Assembly (NCBI RefSeq): GCF_009834535.1
Contig: NC_045697.1
Location: 31,002,001-31,066,000 of the forward strand
Source: Camelus ferus
Lineage: Eukaryota
DNA: 64,000 nucleotides
Direction: 5' to 3'
Both the position numbers and the translations under genes were made by a program. Below are positions 39,665 through 53,039 of this stretch, one piece after another. The first letter of the stretch is position 1. The number at the start of each line of letters is the position of its first letter. The notes under the pieces are model-generated. The model was not told where the DNA came from. It saw nothing but the letters and a program-made list of their open reading frames with translations, and did no database searches.

Positions 39665-41460
39665 ATAGTTTTGATAACAATTTTGAATGATGCAAGAATC
39701 TACATTGAGAAATTAGATGACATCACTCAAGAAGCAGAAAAAAGCACCAAAAATGAGTTGGTACTACTGATATATTACTTGGGTGCAATTAAAGAATTGT
39801 TGTAAATTGTTTGAGTACTGTGACCACCTTCCACATACCATCCCTTTGCTACTCCTTCTCACAGCATTTAACAGTGATAGTAATCAGGACCCCAAGAAAT
39901 GTTCTTACTCAGACTTTACGAATTGAATGACACTCTCATTGACAGTGATTATTTTCTTCCATCCCTGCTCTTTTGGGTTTGGAGATTTCCTATACTGGAT
40001 AGGAACAGAGTTTGCATGGTGGTAGCTTGCTCCATTCAAGTCTTTCTGTGGTGAGTTATCTTCAATATTCATCCAATCATTTGTTCAATAACCGTTTACT
40101 GTGTATCTACTCTGGAGCAGGCATTATGCTAGCTAAGATGAGGACTAAAACCCAATATTCCTGCTATCATGGAATATTCAGCAGTGTATTGTGAATGGCT
40201 GTGTAAAGTGATTCCTGGAAGAATTCAAATGTAACACTGAACTTGGACTCTGTTTCCGTCTCCAGAGGATTCTCCCTCCTTGTTTTCTTGTTGGCCAATC
40301 ATTGCCTCTGCCACCCAGTCTCCATTTCTCCAATGCTTATATTTTCCTCAGTTTAGTCTTTCTCTTGTTAGACCATCATTATATTAGATAGGGATTTAAT
40401 CTCTTCTTTCTCTTGCTTTCCATCTAATTTATTTCTGTCTCTAGGCCCAAGATCTGAAGGGTAATCTATATAATTAATGACCCTTATCTTGACACTGCAA
40501 GTCTCCAGAAGTCAGTAATGGTGGCTCTGACTGTGAGCACTGACTTATCCAATCAAGTCCCGTGAATCTTATTAAAGTTTTCTCTCTTTAGTTCAATGAA
40601 TCTCTAAATTGGAATATGTCTCATTCTCCTCTATTTATCAGAATCCTTGTATGATCATGACATTTTAATTTGTAGAAGCTTGGTTTCAACTGCTTGAAGA
40701 CTAATCCCATGAATTTGTCTGGATTCTGACTTCAGAACAACATGCTGAGCAAACCCACAGATTCCGCAAGATGACTCGAAACTGCTTAATGAGCTCTTAC
40801 TGCAGCCCATGCTTACCACGTAATTAGGGAATTAGCACCTGATGTTTCCAAACTTTATAAAAGCAATATAAGAGCAGGACTAGACAAACATCCTCTGGGT
40901 GGCCTACTCATGCTTGCAGACATTCCACTATCATCTCTGAAACCCAGTATTTGAATGTTGTATAAAAGCCATATAAACATTTAATTGTCTATTAGTTGAC
41001 ACTATATAAATATATCAATCCCTCAATCACTATTGCCTGGAAGGAATTTTTAACATTATGCACAGAATAAAATACCATACAGAAATGTTTGGTTAAGGGA
41101 ATTGTATGCATGTGCACACGTCTATTCAACTAAGAATTTGGATCTCTCTGCTAAATTTTATTTTTCTAATAATTTGTCATCTCACCTAATTGCGGACAAA
41201 TTATTTATGTCTTAGAACCTACCATGAAGAGGGAAGAAGCAGATGTACATTTTGTCCATGTAGCTCTCCCACACAGTTAATCGACCGAATTGTAGGAGTA
41301 TTCCTTATTTTATTGATTCCTAAACAACAAAATTAGGCCATGAAAGCATTAAGTTGCTTCTTTATGTATCTTTTATGGAACTAATGATATGGAATTACAG
41401 ATCTTCATTATGTGAAATTTCCGAAAGCTTGACTGGTTTGGGTGGACAGATGGTAGAGTC

Positions 41461-41500
41461 AGTGGATAGAAGTGGATAGAGGTGGGTAGAGGTGGGTGGA
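41461..41500. repeat. Short 10-bp tandem repeat (RGTGGRTAGA x4)
   Basis: AGTGGATAGA AGTGGATAGA GGTGGGTAGA GGTGGGTGGA. Confidence 0.7.
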
Positions 41501-42130
41501 GTCGTGAAAGCCAAGGTATTGATTTGCAGGAGGTACAGTCTTCGTGAGCAGAGAAGGGGCTGCGGAATTAACCACCACCAGGTCAGCAGAAAGAGAATAG
41601 GAAGGAAGTCAGAGTCCCAAACCAGTGGAAACTCAGTGAGGGTCACCTTAGGAAGGGGACAGGAGGTGGATGGGCTATGACCGTAGAGGAAGTCGGTGGG
41701 TCTAGAGATGGGGAGGGGCTTCATGGATTAGAACTAGGTCTGTGTGAAGAAGCTGCGGGCAACCCTGCTTCGAGGGCCCCAGAAGCAGCCCACGCTGGCA
41801 GAGAGCTGTCCTTACCTGCGCAGCGCCTTTGGTGGGGAGCCAGGGTCACCTGCCCCTCATGGCCGTCTCGGGAGCACCTTCTTTTGACAGCCACCAGCAC
41901 ACACAGCTCATGCTGAAGTGATGCTCTCTCATGTCCTGAGATTCTGCTGAACTCCTTCCAAACTGTCCCAAGTAAACACTCCCCTTCTCCCTGACACAGG
42001 ACTCCTGATTTCCCCTCGAATCAAAAAGCAGGGCCTTTGGCATCCAGATCAATCATGCTGTTTATGTGAAAAATAAAGCCTGCAGTATCCGTGTTTAGGA
42101 AGGACTGAATGATGATAGTTACTCACGTCG

Positions 42131-42593
42131 TGTGTTAGTTTCCTATTGCTGTTGAATCAAAATGCCACAAACTTAGTGGCTTAAAACAACACAGATCTAT
42201 CACTTTATAGTTCTAGAGGTCACATGTCTGAAATCTGGCAAAAATCAAGGCTTCAGCAGGGCTGTGTTCCTCCTGGATGCTGTAAGGAAGAGTCCATTCC
42301 TTGCCGTTTGCAGCGTCTGGAGGCTGCACATTCCTTGGCTCGAGGGTTCACATCACTCTGACCTCTGCTTCCGTTGTTACATCTCCTTTTCTAACTCCCT
42401 CGCCTCCTTTTTCTCTTTTAAAGATATTTGTGATTACACCGGGCTCACCTGCGTAATCTAGGCCAATCTTTCTATCTCGAGATCCTTAACAAAATTGCTT
42501 CTGCAAAATCTCTTTTGCCGTTTAAGGTAACACATTCACAGGTTGTGGGATTGGGGCATGGCCATTTTGAGGTGACTCGGTCTGTCTCCTACA
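42131..42593 (-). mobile_element. MaLR solo LTR (MLT1D-like)
   Basis: TGTGTTAGTTTCCTATTGCTG...CCACAAACTTAGTGGCTTAAAACAACAC...TAAGGTAACACATTCACAGGTT...CCTACA. Confidence 0.88.
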
Positions 42594-42619
42594 CCTGGTA
42601 GGTGCGGTGAGCCTATTTT

Positions 42620-43048
42620 GTCTACGAGAAGACTAGGACTTTGTGGTAGATTAAATCATTGGCTCTGTTATCTCCATGCCCTGGTAGTGCACGGACACAC
42701 TTTTGCATGGAGTGTGCCTTTACAGCCTTTGACTTTAGTCTTGGCCGCCTGACTCCCACTGGACAATGGGATGGTAATAGATGTAGCATGTGCAGAGGCT
42801 TGAAATGTGTGAATTGCATGTTTGGGTTTGCCCTCTTGTACTCCTTCCATCACCAAAAGAAGGACATGCTGCAGGAGGCTGGCTGGTCCCAGAAGAATGA
42901 GAGACATAAAGAACAGACCTGGACCCAAGCCCTGCATAGCTTAGCCTAGATCCTAGACCGTTAGCAGCCCCTCAGACTCATGAATGGGCAGTAAATGCTT
43001 AAGGTTGTATTCCACTCAGTGTGGGTGGTCTGTTTAACTGCAGAAGCA
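42620..43048 (+). mobile_element. Older MLT1 (J/K-like) LTR fragment
   Basis: CTTTGACTTTAGTCTTGGCC...GGTCCCAGAAGAATGAGAGACA...AAATGCTT..GTTGTATTCCACT. Confidence 0.55.
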
Positions 43049-43424
43049 AACTGGCTCAACCTCACAGATACTGAGCAGTTTGCTCAAAGTCACAGGATGG
43101 TAAGTGATGTAACTACCAGAACGTTTAACTTCAAAGACTGGGCTCTGATCTGCTGAGCAAGTAGTGTCCAGCTTCTCATCAGATGCCTGAATTTTCTCTA
43201 CAGTGTTACTGCCAAGGTATTATCTAGCCTTCGGTGGGGATTCCTAGGCACATGAGATTTAGGGTCATTGTCAGGACAAGGTTTCAAGCCTTCTCCCCAT
43301 TCTATGGATATTGAATCTACCGAAACTGATCTACTGGGAGCAAGTGAAGACCATCTGCCATCCACTTCTATGAATGTAATTTATGATTAAATTAACATTT
43401 TGGGTGTCTACATCACACTATTGT

Positions 43425-43714
43425 TGTTTTTTTTTTTAATTCTTATTTTTATTGAAGTGTAGTTGACTTACAATGTTAGTTTCAGGTGTACAGCAAAGCA
43501 ATTCAGTTATACATACACATATATATATGTATACATTTTTGTACATACATATATTTTCAGTTTCTTTTCCATTATGGCTCATTGCAAGAAATTGAATATA
43601 GTTCCCTGTACTATACAATAGGTCCTTGATGTTTATCAATTTTATATATAGTAATGTATATCTGTTAATCCCAAATTCCTAATCTATCCCTCCCTGCCCT
43701 TCCCCTTCTATGTC
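43425..43714 (-). mobile_element. Cetartiodactyl L1 3' end with TSD
   Basis: Poly-T, TTTATTGAAGTGTAGTTGACTTACAATGTTAG...CTATCCCTCCC. 17-bp TSD CTACATCACACT(A/G)TTGT at 43408-43424 and 43715-43731. Confidence 0.92.
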
Positions 43715-46524
43715 CTACATCACACTGTTGTGATGTTGGCATGTTGACTGATGTAACATGTTCCATAAAACATCTGTTTTTCATTTAATATAATACTGTT
43801 TTCTTAGTTTCCTTTCTGAGTGTAGGTACTGGGCTCCACATTCAACAAAATTTAATTTTATTGTGTTATTCCAGGCTGTTAAAATCCTTTTGGACTCTGG
43901 TCTTGTATCTCACTGTACTTTAGTACCTTATTGAGTCAGCAGAACAGTTTTGATCATGGCAAATTATCTGTATGGAATAATATCAAGATTAGAGAAATAA
44001 ATTTAAAGAAAATCAAACATCCCTAATGCAGTAGCAAGTGTATTTTCGTAAGCATTACAAACCAATAAAGTTAAACCATTGGTCTTATTCTAGCATTGAA
44101 AGAGGAGGGAGACAAATGACAGATAAGTGGTTGTGACACAGACTGCCAGCCTCAGAGGATGCCACGGGTTTCCCCTTATTAGGTTCTTTAAGAAGGATCC
44201 TTGTGTATTACTCTTACAGTGCCAGAAACTGTTTATCAGGAAGGGAGTCATGTGTCCCAGAGAGGTCATGAATTCTAATTCCTGCCACCTGAGGGCAATA
44301 ACTACCATCTCCGGGAAGCAGATAGCTTGTAGTCACGATGCAGCATTGTATGTTGGGTCAACTGAATTAATAACACTCAGCAGTACTGGGCTTCGAGAGT
44401 CATGAGGCTTCAAGCACAATTCAAATTCAGCAGCAGGAGCCCGAAGGCTGGAGATTTCCCTCTCTTGAGTGTCTGGTGGTTTTACCTGCAGGTCTAGTGC
44501 ATACAGTTATGCACATTTTTTTCAGTTAAAAAAAAAGTATTAAGAAATCTATTACAAGGACAACACAAATAAGCCAACCGTCCTTTACTGAGGGTTCCTC
44601 TCTTTCTGACCACACAGAAAGCTAAATAATGGAATTTTGGGACACAGTGTCGTAGATTCTCTTAATCATAGTTGTCAGGACTCTTGTGATTGTGGAATTT
44701 CCCTTTTCATATGTATTTTTTTCCCATTGTTTTAGTTTCTGGTTAGTTTCTGCTTACTTTCACATCCTGCAAGGCCAGTGCTGCCTGCCTTGGTAACTCA
44801 GTTACCAGTTGGTTTTCTCAGGGAGTGTGTGTTTTTTTAATATTTTTGTGAAGGATTCCTAGAGATGAAACTATACCCTCAAGAAGAGGCCTGGTGGTGG
44901 AAGCTTCTGAGGACTGAACTGACGCAAAGCCTGTGTCGGGAACTAGGTAGATGCCTGCTTTGCCTGCACAGCATCCCTCCCTGTCTCCGTCCCTTCCCCT
45001 CCTGCTGTTGGAGTTTATGTATAAATGAGGCACAACTGACCACCGTCGGGAGCATCGTTTGACTTGATTTTTCCACATCAGATTAAAAGTGACTCTTGGT
45101 TTTTATTTGTAGGGGTGGACAGGAAATTTTATCTAAGTCATCACTGGGACCCCTTCCCCCACGCATCGTGATCTGTGGGATACCCAGGTTTTCAAGGGGC
45201 CGGAAGACCTCGAGATGGTCCTGGTCCACGGATCCTGGGGGATCCGTCTTCATGTGGCCCCTTCAGTCCCGTGACACTGCACTGCTGCTCCAGGCAGCTC
45301 TCAGGGCCCTTCACGTAAGTCCTCTGTCAGGAAGCTCAACTTTTACTACTTCAAATTCTGGAACTACCCAACTCCATCATTTTTATGTCCAGGCTGTTGA
45401 AAGCATAGCTCTATCAGTTATTCCCAGAGCAGGAAAAGACCCAAGTTTCTAAGAATCAAAGCCTCACTTGTCTTTGTGAGAAAGAGAGGAGACATTTGCC
45501 ATCATCCTCTACTAGGATCGTAAATGATTTTTGTGTTCTCTTTCCCTCCGTTTTTGGGTAAGAGAACTATTCTCTGGAGGGAGATGACCTGGTTTCTGAT
45601 GCAGAGCCTGAAAATCCTGGGTGGGCGTTCTAGGGAAATTTACTTAGCATTTGTAAACCCTGGTTTCTTCATCAGTAATTTGCGGATAACCTAGAGACTA
45701 CTTCCTGTGAAATAAATGAACTCATGTATAAAACATTTTCGACAATGCCTGACAGCCTGCAAGTGCTCAGTAAAACTGTTCTTATTTTTATTATCCATCC
45801 CCCAAACAGACCGAATCAATCATTGCTAAGTACTCTGCTAGGCAGTGAGGGCACACAGAGGAATAAGGCATGATTTCTGTCTGCAGAGGAACTAAATTCC
45901 TTCTCGCGAGGAAGATAAACTCATAGCTCCTGTAAAATATGGTGAATGTGCAGGAGCTTACAAGGGGGCAGGGGCAGGACATCCGACCCACTTAAAGAGA
46001 CCCTGATGGCCTCATGTAACATCTGTTACAACTAGGCCTGTCTGGTCCTGCCCGGGCCCCTCCTGAAAAGGCATCGTGGCACCGCGGGCGTTGTTGGCGG
46101 CACTCCTTTCCCTTCGGAAAGTCTCAGCTGCTGCCTCTAAAGCTGGCTTATCCTCTGCTGCACAAACCTGTTTTCCTGTGGCCAGTTTCTCTGTCCCAGA
46201 TCCTGTCTTGGCTCCGGCCCCTGCCTGGGCCTTTGTCTTGGATTCTCTGGTTTTAACTTCCCGTGGCTGCTGGGCCCCACATTCGCCAGCCTGGCTCTCT
46301 GCGCTTGGCTCTGTAGCTGTGAGCCCGGCCCGCCCCACCACGCGCCTTGTGCCGGAGCATCTCTACCACACCTGCCATCCTGGAAGCCTGGCCTGCTCCT
46401 TCCGGGCCGAGGTGGCCTCCGTCTCCTTTAGCCACAGTCTGGACTGACTTGTTACGCCTTTCAAGACTAACCCAGGGAACTGTTTGTATCTCTATGGGAT
46501 GTGCTCTGCTGTAACCCACAGGGT

Positions 46525-46947
46525 GACTACTGGACATGGCTTAAAATACAGACACGTATTATCATCAGTTCAGAAGACGTTCAGACGAGGCTGTTGCTGA
46601 CGTGGCTTGCGGGCTTGATAATGTGATAGAGAACCTAGTTCCCGTTGTTCTGCGCTGTCATCTTTGGCTTGTTTGAGATGTTTCCTTGTGGACTTAAGAT
46701 GGCTGCCAGGCCAGAGTCAAAACAGAAAGCGGGTTTGTCTGTTCTGCCAGACAAGCAAAGAAAATTCCAGAAACTTCCCAGGGGCATTCTCTTAAATTTC
46801 ATTGGCCAGAATTGCATCTTCTGGCCTCTGCTTGCTATAGTAGGAGGCTGGGAATGTAGGTACATGGCATTGCCTGTGGCAGAGGAGGGCTTGGAGCACA
46901 GGGTTGGAAACAGCTTCTGGGTAAGCAAGCAGCCCTGCCTGCCACAC
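46525..46947 (-). mobile_element. Old MLT1 LTR
   Basis: AAGATGGCTGCC...TTTCATTGGCCAGAATTG...GGAGGCTGGGAATGTAG...CTGCCACA. Confidence 0.6.
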
Positions 46948-47974
46948 CAGTAGCCAAGAACTTTGATATGACTTAATTTCTATTTTATGCAGTTTGACTC
47001 ACATTGGACCTTACAAAAGCATATGCTATGAATAGTGATCTTGCTGTATAATCTGTGTACATTTACTTTGCCTGATATTTTTTTTTCCGTCTGTCCTTCT
47101 GGGTTCATTTCTTCTTAACTTTTTTTTTTTTCAGTATTCATTCCTTTTGATTTCTGGCTGCCATCTATATTTTTTCAGCCCTAGAGCTTTTTACTGGATG
47201 GCTTTCATTATTCTAACACTAGAACTTCAGAAACCTCAAATGACATTAGGGATGGTAAAGTAATAGCAATCAGTGTGTAAAGTATATTAATTATGACATC
47301 TCTAATTGTGTAATTTGAAAAAGGTGCATGCCACACTTGACCTAAGCTGAGCAATCTAAAACAGAAAAGAACTTCCTCCAAACAGTGCATGTTGCTTTAT
47401 TTTTTCCCTCTTGCTTGCCTGTGTTAAATCAAAAACAGACCAAATGCAAAGCACAGAGACTGCAGCCCAGTAATTATTCCCACAGCTCCTCCTGCCTCGG
47501 AAGCCAGTCCCCTCGGGGCTCTGCAGGCAGTGAGGGGGAACTCCCCTCCCACTTGCGGAGGACAGTGGTAAAGCCGCTCCCTCCCCGTGCGCAGAGCAGG
47601 GAAACCCGCTCAGCAAGCCTCTTAGCAGTGCTGCTCCAGCCTTCTTGATTCCGCTGGTGACAAACTAGCCTTAAAAATATTAGTTAAGAGAATACTGTTA
47701 GTATTCGTCATGAGAGAAATCCTTTTTGAATACCTACACGTGACAGAAATTATCGTAGGTACCTTCCTTACAATACTGTTTCTCAATCCTCACAGCAAAT
47801 TTGCAAGGTGGATATTAATTTATTTTGCATGATTTAAGCTGACAGCATCCCAGTATGGTTAAAGGACAATAAAGAAGTATTGTCTCCAATATATTGGCCT
47901 TCATTTTGATCTGCCATCTGAATTTTTTTCCATTGTTTTTCCTGCTTTGCTACTCCAGAGATCTCCTTTTTAAA

Positions 47975-49990
47975 GTTGAGTCCCCTAGAAGCAGAAGCTG
48001 AGATTGGGTTCTTGGGAAAAGTGATTTATTGCTGGAGGACTCTCAGAAGAAAGGAAGTGAAGGAGCTTAGGGCGGAAAGAAAGCTAAGCAAAGAAGTGAT
48101 CTTGGCTAGAGAGTAACTTCAGCCTGAATACTCGGAATACAAATTGTACAGTACAAATTTGCTCCCATCTTGTGGGAAAGGGCTGGCATTTTTCATGCCT
48201 GTGTTAGTCTGTTGGCTGTTGGCTTGTCTACGTATGTGTGTATGTCTGTGTGCATGTGTTAAGGGATCATCCGTTCTGCTGAGACATTTATCCAGAGAAG
48301 GGCGAAGCTGTCAGTTTTTAAAAGCCAATATTCACAATAGCTGGAGGGTGGGTCAACCAGCAGTGTGAAGGGAGTCTGGGAGCATCCATTACAGTCCACC
48401 TCTTGCTCTGATCAGATTTACTTACTTCTCCCATGAAGTTTCTTCCCTCCAGGCACAGCCATAGCCCAGTCAGTGGGATAAACTCTAGCCTCCACCCTGT
48501 GGTTGATCTTTAAGTGATAACCGATATTTGTTTTGTCCCTCTTTTACTTTCCATTTTAGGCCCCCTCCTCTTAGCTAGCACTTCTATTCATCTAGGCGGC
48601 TTGAGTGGTTGGGTGGCCCAAACTCTCAGTCCCTGTGGAGTCTGAGCCTCTGGTCTCTATGGCCTCCTTGGGTGGTGGTCGTTGTATTTGCCCATTTACA
48701 TTTAAAACCAAATAAGTACCAGGAGAGGCACCTGAGTACCACACATGTTTATCTGCCCCTAATATGTCGTGGCAGTTTGCCTCCTTGTGAAAATCAGTCG
48801 GTTACCCCAGCCAGTGTGGTAACTCTTTCTTATGCCAGCTGGATTATTGTCATGATAAGCCCAAGGTGACCACATGTCAATGTAGCTCTAAGTATAAGAG
48901 GGCCTCTTTCTGTGCTGCTTGGTGGAGGTATTCCCTTCTGGGACCACGGAATTAGACTAACGGTACCTAAGTTGTGGGAAAGAAAACCCAGCGCCCCCGG
49001 CGGATCACTGGGAGTGATGGTGAATGGGATCATGCTTACATCTCCCCACTGGTTCTTGGACCCATGACTTCTAGACATTGGCAGTACAGCACCTTGTAAT
49101 GTCCACTGGCTTAAGGTATAACTGGCATCCTTGAAGAATGATGCCCCTTCCCACAAGGTGTCATCTCCAAGCTGATGCATCATCCATGCTTTCAAGATGC
49201 TCCTCTACAGCTCTGGCAGGTTCTGGATGATGTAGTAGATGGTGGGGCCAGTACTTCTTGTTCAGGTACGTTACTTGAGCCCTCTGAACCTGCTAGAGCC
49301 TGAGCTGAGGGAAACCGCTTTTAGTTCAGGATGAATTGCTGCTAGGCCTACTTGACCTTATGACTTTGCGGATGTAACGGTAAGCATCTACGAAGTAGTG
49401 TACGTGCAGAGGAGTTCTGATGGCCTGGAAGGGTAAGTGCTCAGTTTCCACCAGGGCCCAGGCCACGCCAGAAGCTACTGTTCAGATACTGTGTATTTCC
49501 TCCTGCATACAGCATGGTTTTGATCCAGAACCCGAAGGGATGGTGCTGTCTTTCCTGTTGAGACTGGTCAGAGATTTGACATATCATTTTGACTCACACT
49601 TCAGGGTATTTGTGCCTCGGCCTGTTGCAAAGCCCTTCTTTCTTGTAAGGCTGACTTTAAACCTAGCAACCTTCTGTGCCACTTGATAAATGGTTGTGAG
49701 TCCTCTAACACCCAAAGAGGTCCACCCAGCACTGTGCTTCTTTCTTAGAGATCGAAGATGCAAAGTACAGTAACTTGTCTTTTCCTTTTGAGAGGAAGTT
49801 CCAGCATACCCCAGACCACCAGTCTCCTAAATCATTCTCCAGGTGTTGCAGATTCTTGGACCTTTGTAGGGTTTTTCTCCCACGCTGGAGCAGATGTGTC
49901 TTACATCCAGGTACTTGGTATTCCTTGCTCATCAGGTCTTATTAAGATGCGTTATTAATGCTGGTGGACCAGTATGTGGTTCTATGCAGT
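47975..49990 (-). mobile_element. ERVL-class provirus remnant: LTR (~47975-48400) plus degenerate pol
   Basis: ORF 49705-49932 (SKGKDKLLYFASSISKKEAQCWVDLFG) resembles the ERV-L RT C-terminal segment (PSKVKDKLLHLAPPTTKKEAQ.LVGLFG). ORF 48830-49195 (QLGDDTL...HGSKNQ...PFTITPSDP) resembles the ERV-L integrase C-terminus/dUTPase junction. LTR-like end AGAAGCAGAAGCTGAGA..GTGATTTATTG. Confidence 0.8.
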
Positions 49991-50899
49991 CCTTTCCCCC
50001 ATTCTCTGTCTAGAGGACGAGGCAGCTGAGAACAGTTAGCAGTTACCACTCATGACAGCCGAGATAGGGTACCAGCCAGGTGAAGGGAAGGGAGGGGTGG
50101 GGACTCCCCCCACAGCATCCACTACACCCTGTAAACATAAAACGATGTTATCTGGAGTCAGGGGAGGAATGGTGCTGAGTAGGGAAGGGAACAAAAATAA
50201 ATCTCTTACTAAAGCATTGTGTTGAAAAGCAGTGAAAGGCAGTTCTGTTTGGAGAGAGAGAAAGGAGATTGGTTGCAAGAGTTCTTTCCTGTGGGAAGCG
50301 GCAGTGGTGGGGGGTGGGTGGGGAGAGGATTGTTACATATTCATAAAATTTGCAAGTCAATTGTTAAACCGAAGGCAGTTTGAAATTGGCCCTGGTGGGA
50401 GTATTCCCAGCATGAAAATCAGCAAATGCTACAAATTAGTGCTTTTTTTCCTCCCCTGAATGTAGTTTACAAGCACATCACGGCTACTACAAAGTTCCTG
50501 AAAAGAACAGCAAAGTGGGAAAAGGTGAAGTGCAAGAGAGCCAAAAAACCCCGAACTCTAATTAATAATTTTTCCTGGAGTCAGAGCTAGTCCCCGCACA
50601 TTTTCCTTTTCTGAAAATGCAATCAGAAAGTGCCATCTGGTTAGCCACTTTTTAAGGTCATTACTGTTATTTTCTCATTAAAAAGCGCATTTACTTCTGG
50701 GGACTGCTCAGTAAGTTTATGCGGCAGGAGACATGAAGAAACACTTCCCATTTCGCCTTCCAGCCTCCAGGCTTGCCTTCGGCTGCTCCTTTTCACACAC
50801 AGCTGAAATCTAATCATGTTACTCCCCTGCTAAAAGCAAACCAATTGTTCTCTGTAGTATTTACATATAAAATAAAACTTCTTAGTCTGGTATATGAGC

Positions 50900-51810
50900 C
50901 TGAGTTCCTCTCAAAATCAGAGTGTAAAGTAAGGATCTGTGTGCAGGTGGTTTATTGGAAAGGTCATCTCAGAGCAGGAGGGAGAGATGGAGGAATGAGG
51001 AGGTGGGAAGGAGATGAAGCTGACACAGAGATGCACTGATCACCGTCAAGGGCGACTAGGGTTCCTACTGAGACAGGAGGGAAGAGGGCAGGGCACAACC
51101 ATTAAGAGAATGACACAGCAGTGAGCACCAAGATGGTAGAAAATTCAATCTTCAGTAGGCCTTGAGGTCCAAGATGGCAAGAGATTTGACTTCCAGTAGA
51201 CCTTGAGCTTCATTATACGCTCGCTGTAATATATTAGTGTGGCAAATGGCACTCCTGCATTCCTACAGGCGCTGTGACGTTTCCAAGGCTGGTTGCAAAA
51301 GGTCAAAAAGTGGATGGTGGTCCAGTTCCTGGGAATCCCAGCCCCTTCCCCAAAGTAGTTGGAATAATCCTCCCATTTGTTGGCTTTTGAAATAACTGAG
51401 CTCATAGAAACTGACAACCCTGCACCTCATGGCTTTTCTCTTGCCTTTTGAGAAGGCCTGCATTCTGCCTATGGGATGTGTGTCTCCTCTGTCACTCTCT
51501 CTGGCATTCTGGATGGCTTGCACTCTGTCTGTGGAATATGTATCTCTCTGAATAAATCTACCTTCACTCTACTATGGGTCACTCCTGAGTTCTTTCCTGC
51601 ATGAAGCCAATGTCCCTTGTGTGATTGGGCGCGTCCCAGGGACTTGCCTGGGGCCTGAGACATGACTATCTCCTTGCACCCCATTTTCCTGTATCACTTC
51701 CATCCTGGATCCTGCTGGGGCCTTCTTAGGATTGCATAGAATACCCTTCAGAGTCCACACCAGAGACAAGGATCAGCAGGTATGCACTTTTACCCCTTGG
51801 TGAGAGTTGC
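50900..51810 (-). mobile_element. Old ERVL LTR (LTR16-like) split by a younger LTR
   Basis: TCCTCTCAAAATCAGAG..TGTGTGCAGGTGGTTTATTGGAAAGGTCATCTCAG on the left. LTR-like sequence resumes after 51700. Confidence 0.5.
51069..51696 (+). mobile_element. ERV1-type solo LTR
   Basis: TG...CA termini (TGAGACAGGA...CCTGTATCA), AATAAA at 51551, and a 4-bp TSD-like CTAC/CTTC. Confidence 0.85.
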
Positions 51811-52239
51811 CCCGAGAGATCTGTATCTCCCCGCATCCCATCCACACACACACTTCTGGGCTATAATGCCTAAGAGCTGGGTGGGCTTCCTCCAGTGCCT
51901 TGTACCTAGGAGTTGGAGAAAACCCAGAGAAGAAAGCAAAAGATTCCTGGCACAAACTTGTAATGACTTGCAACTCACATGGAACTCTTTCTTGAAGCTT
52001 TGGTTGGGGTCAGGGGCAGGGGTCGAGGGCCGGGGGTAGGGCAGCTGACATGTGTGGCAAATAAAGCTCTCCATGATTTTCCATTTCACACTTCCTGTCT
52101 CAGCCCTGGACTCTCTTTCCTTACAGCCAGTTCACACCCATACAGGCACCCTGACCATACTTTGCTATTTTATAAACCTGATTTTTTTTTTTTTTTGGAA
52201 CACACTTGTTTCTCTTCTTGAAATGCCGCCACTTTCTTC

Positions 52240-52520
52240 TCTCAGCTTCCTCAGTCTTTTGAGCCGACCTCAGCTGTGAGTCTTTCCTGGAAGCTTCCGT
52301 CGTTTCCCTGGTCAGTGTTCCTTGCCTCTGTAGCTTGAAATACCCTGGTTACAGCCCTTCTTGCAGCAGGGGCTAACTCCAACACGGACGTCTGTTTCCT
52401 GCCCGCCCTGTGTGTAGGTTTATAAGGGACTGTGTTTCAGTCCATGTCCTGAGTGTCTAGCATAGTGCTTGGCTATATAATAAACGTTCTGTAAATACTT
52501 GTGGACTAAAAGAATGAGTG
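52240..52520 (+). mobile_element. L2 3' end
   Basis: GTGTCTAGCATAGTGCTTGGC...TAAATACTTGTGGACTAAAAGAATGA. Confidence 0.6.
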
Positions 52521-53039
52521 CATTTTGATCTTGCAACGGACTGCTTTTATCAAAAAAGAAAATCTAATCTAAGGCTATTCCAAAGCCATGGAAGCATAGA
52601 TATATTTTGAAAGAAATGCACTAGGTATCCAAATAGGTGTCTGACATCTATATATGTGTATGTACACGTATATGTGTGTATTTAACCAACAAAGCAATAA
52701 CAATGAAATGTAAGAAAATCAGGCCATAGATCAGTAATAATGACCATATGGCTCCTGCTCTCAAGAATTAGGTAAGACATGAACACATAATGAATAAAAT
52801 AAAACACATAATGAGCATAATGAATAATAATAAAAGAGGGGAAAACAACACACTGAGATATGAAATAAGATATTATGAGTGAATAGGGAAATAACTAGTA
52901 GAAGATATGTTTGCCGTGACACCAGAGAATTCTGAGATCCTCTAGGGCTAGAAGGACAAGGTCAAGTTTTCTGGGCAGCAGATAAGATCTGACTTCGTAT
53001 GTGTAATGGTTTTCAGCAGTGACTCCGGAAGGAAAGCTC

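Noticed and set aside
46012..46537. Overlapping 94-123 aa ORFs in a GC-rich patch
   Set aside because: Low-complexity Ala/Ser/Pro-rich translations expected from high GC. No recognisable domain or splice structure, and too short and weak for a CpG island call.
41445..50641. ATOH1-type E-boxes (e.g. GACAGATGGT at ~41445, GCCATCTGGT at ~50632)
   Set aside because: Isolated 10-mers expected by chance in 64 kb; no clustering seen.
52783..52835. Short repeated AACACATAATGA units
   Set aside because: Local slippage duplication in AT-rich DNA; not a CRISPR-like or structured array.
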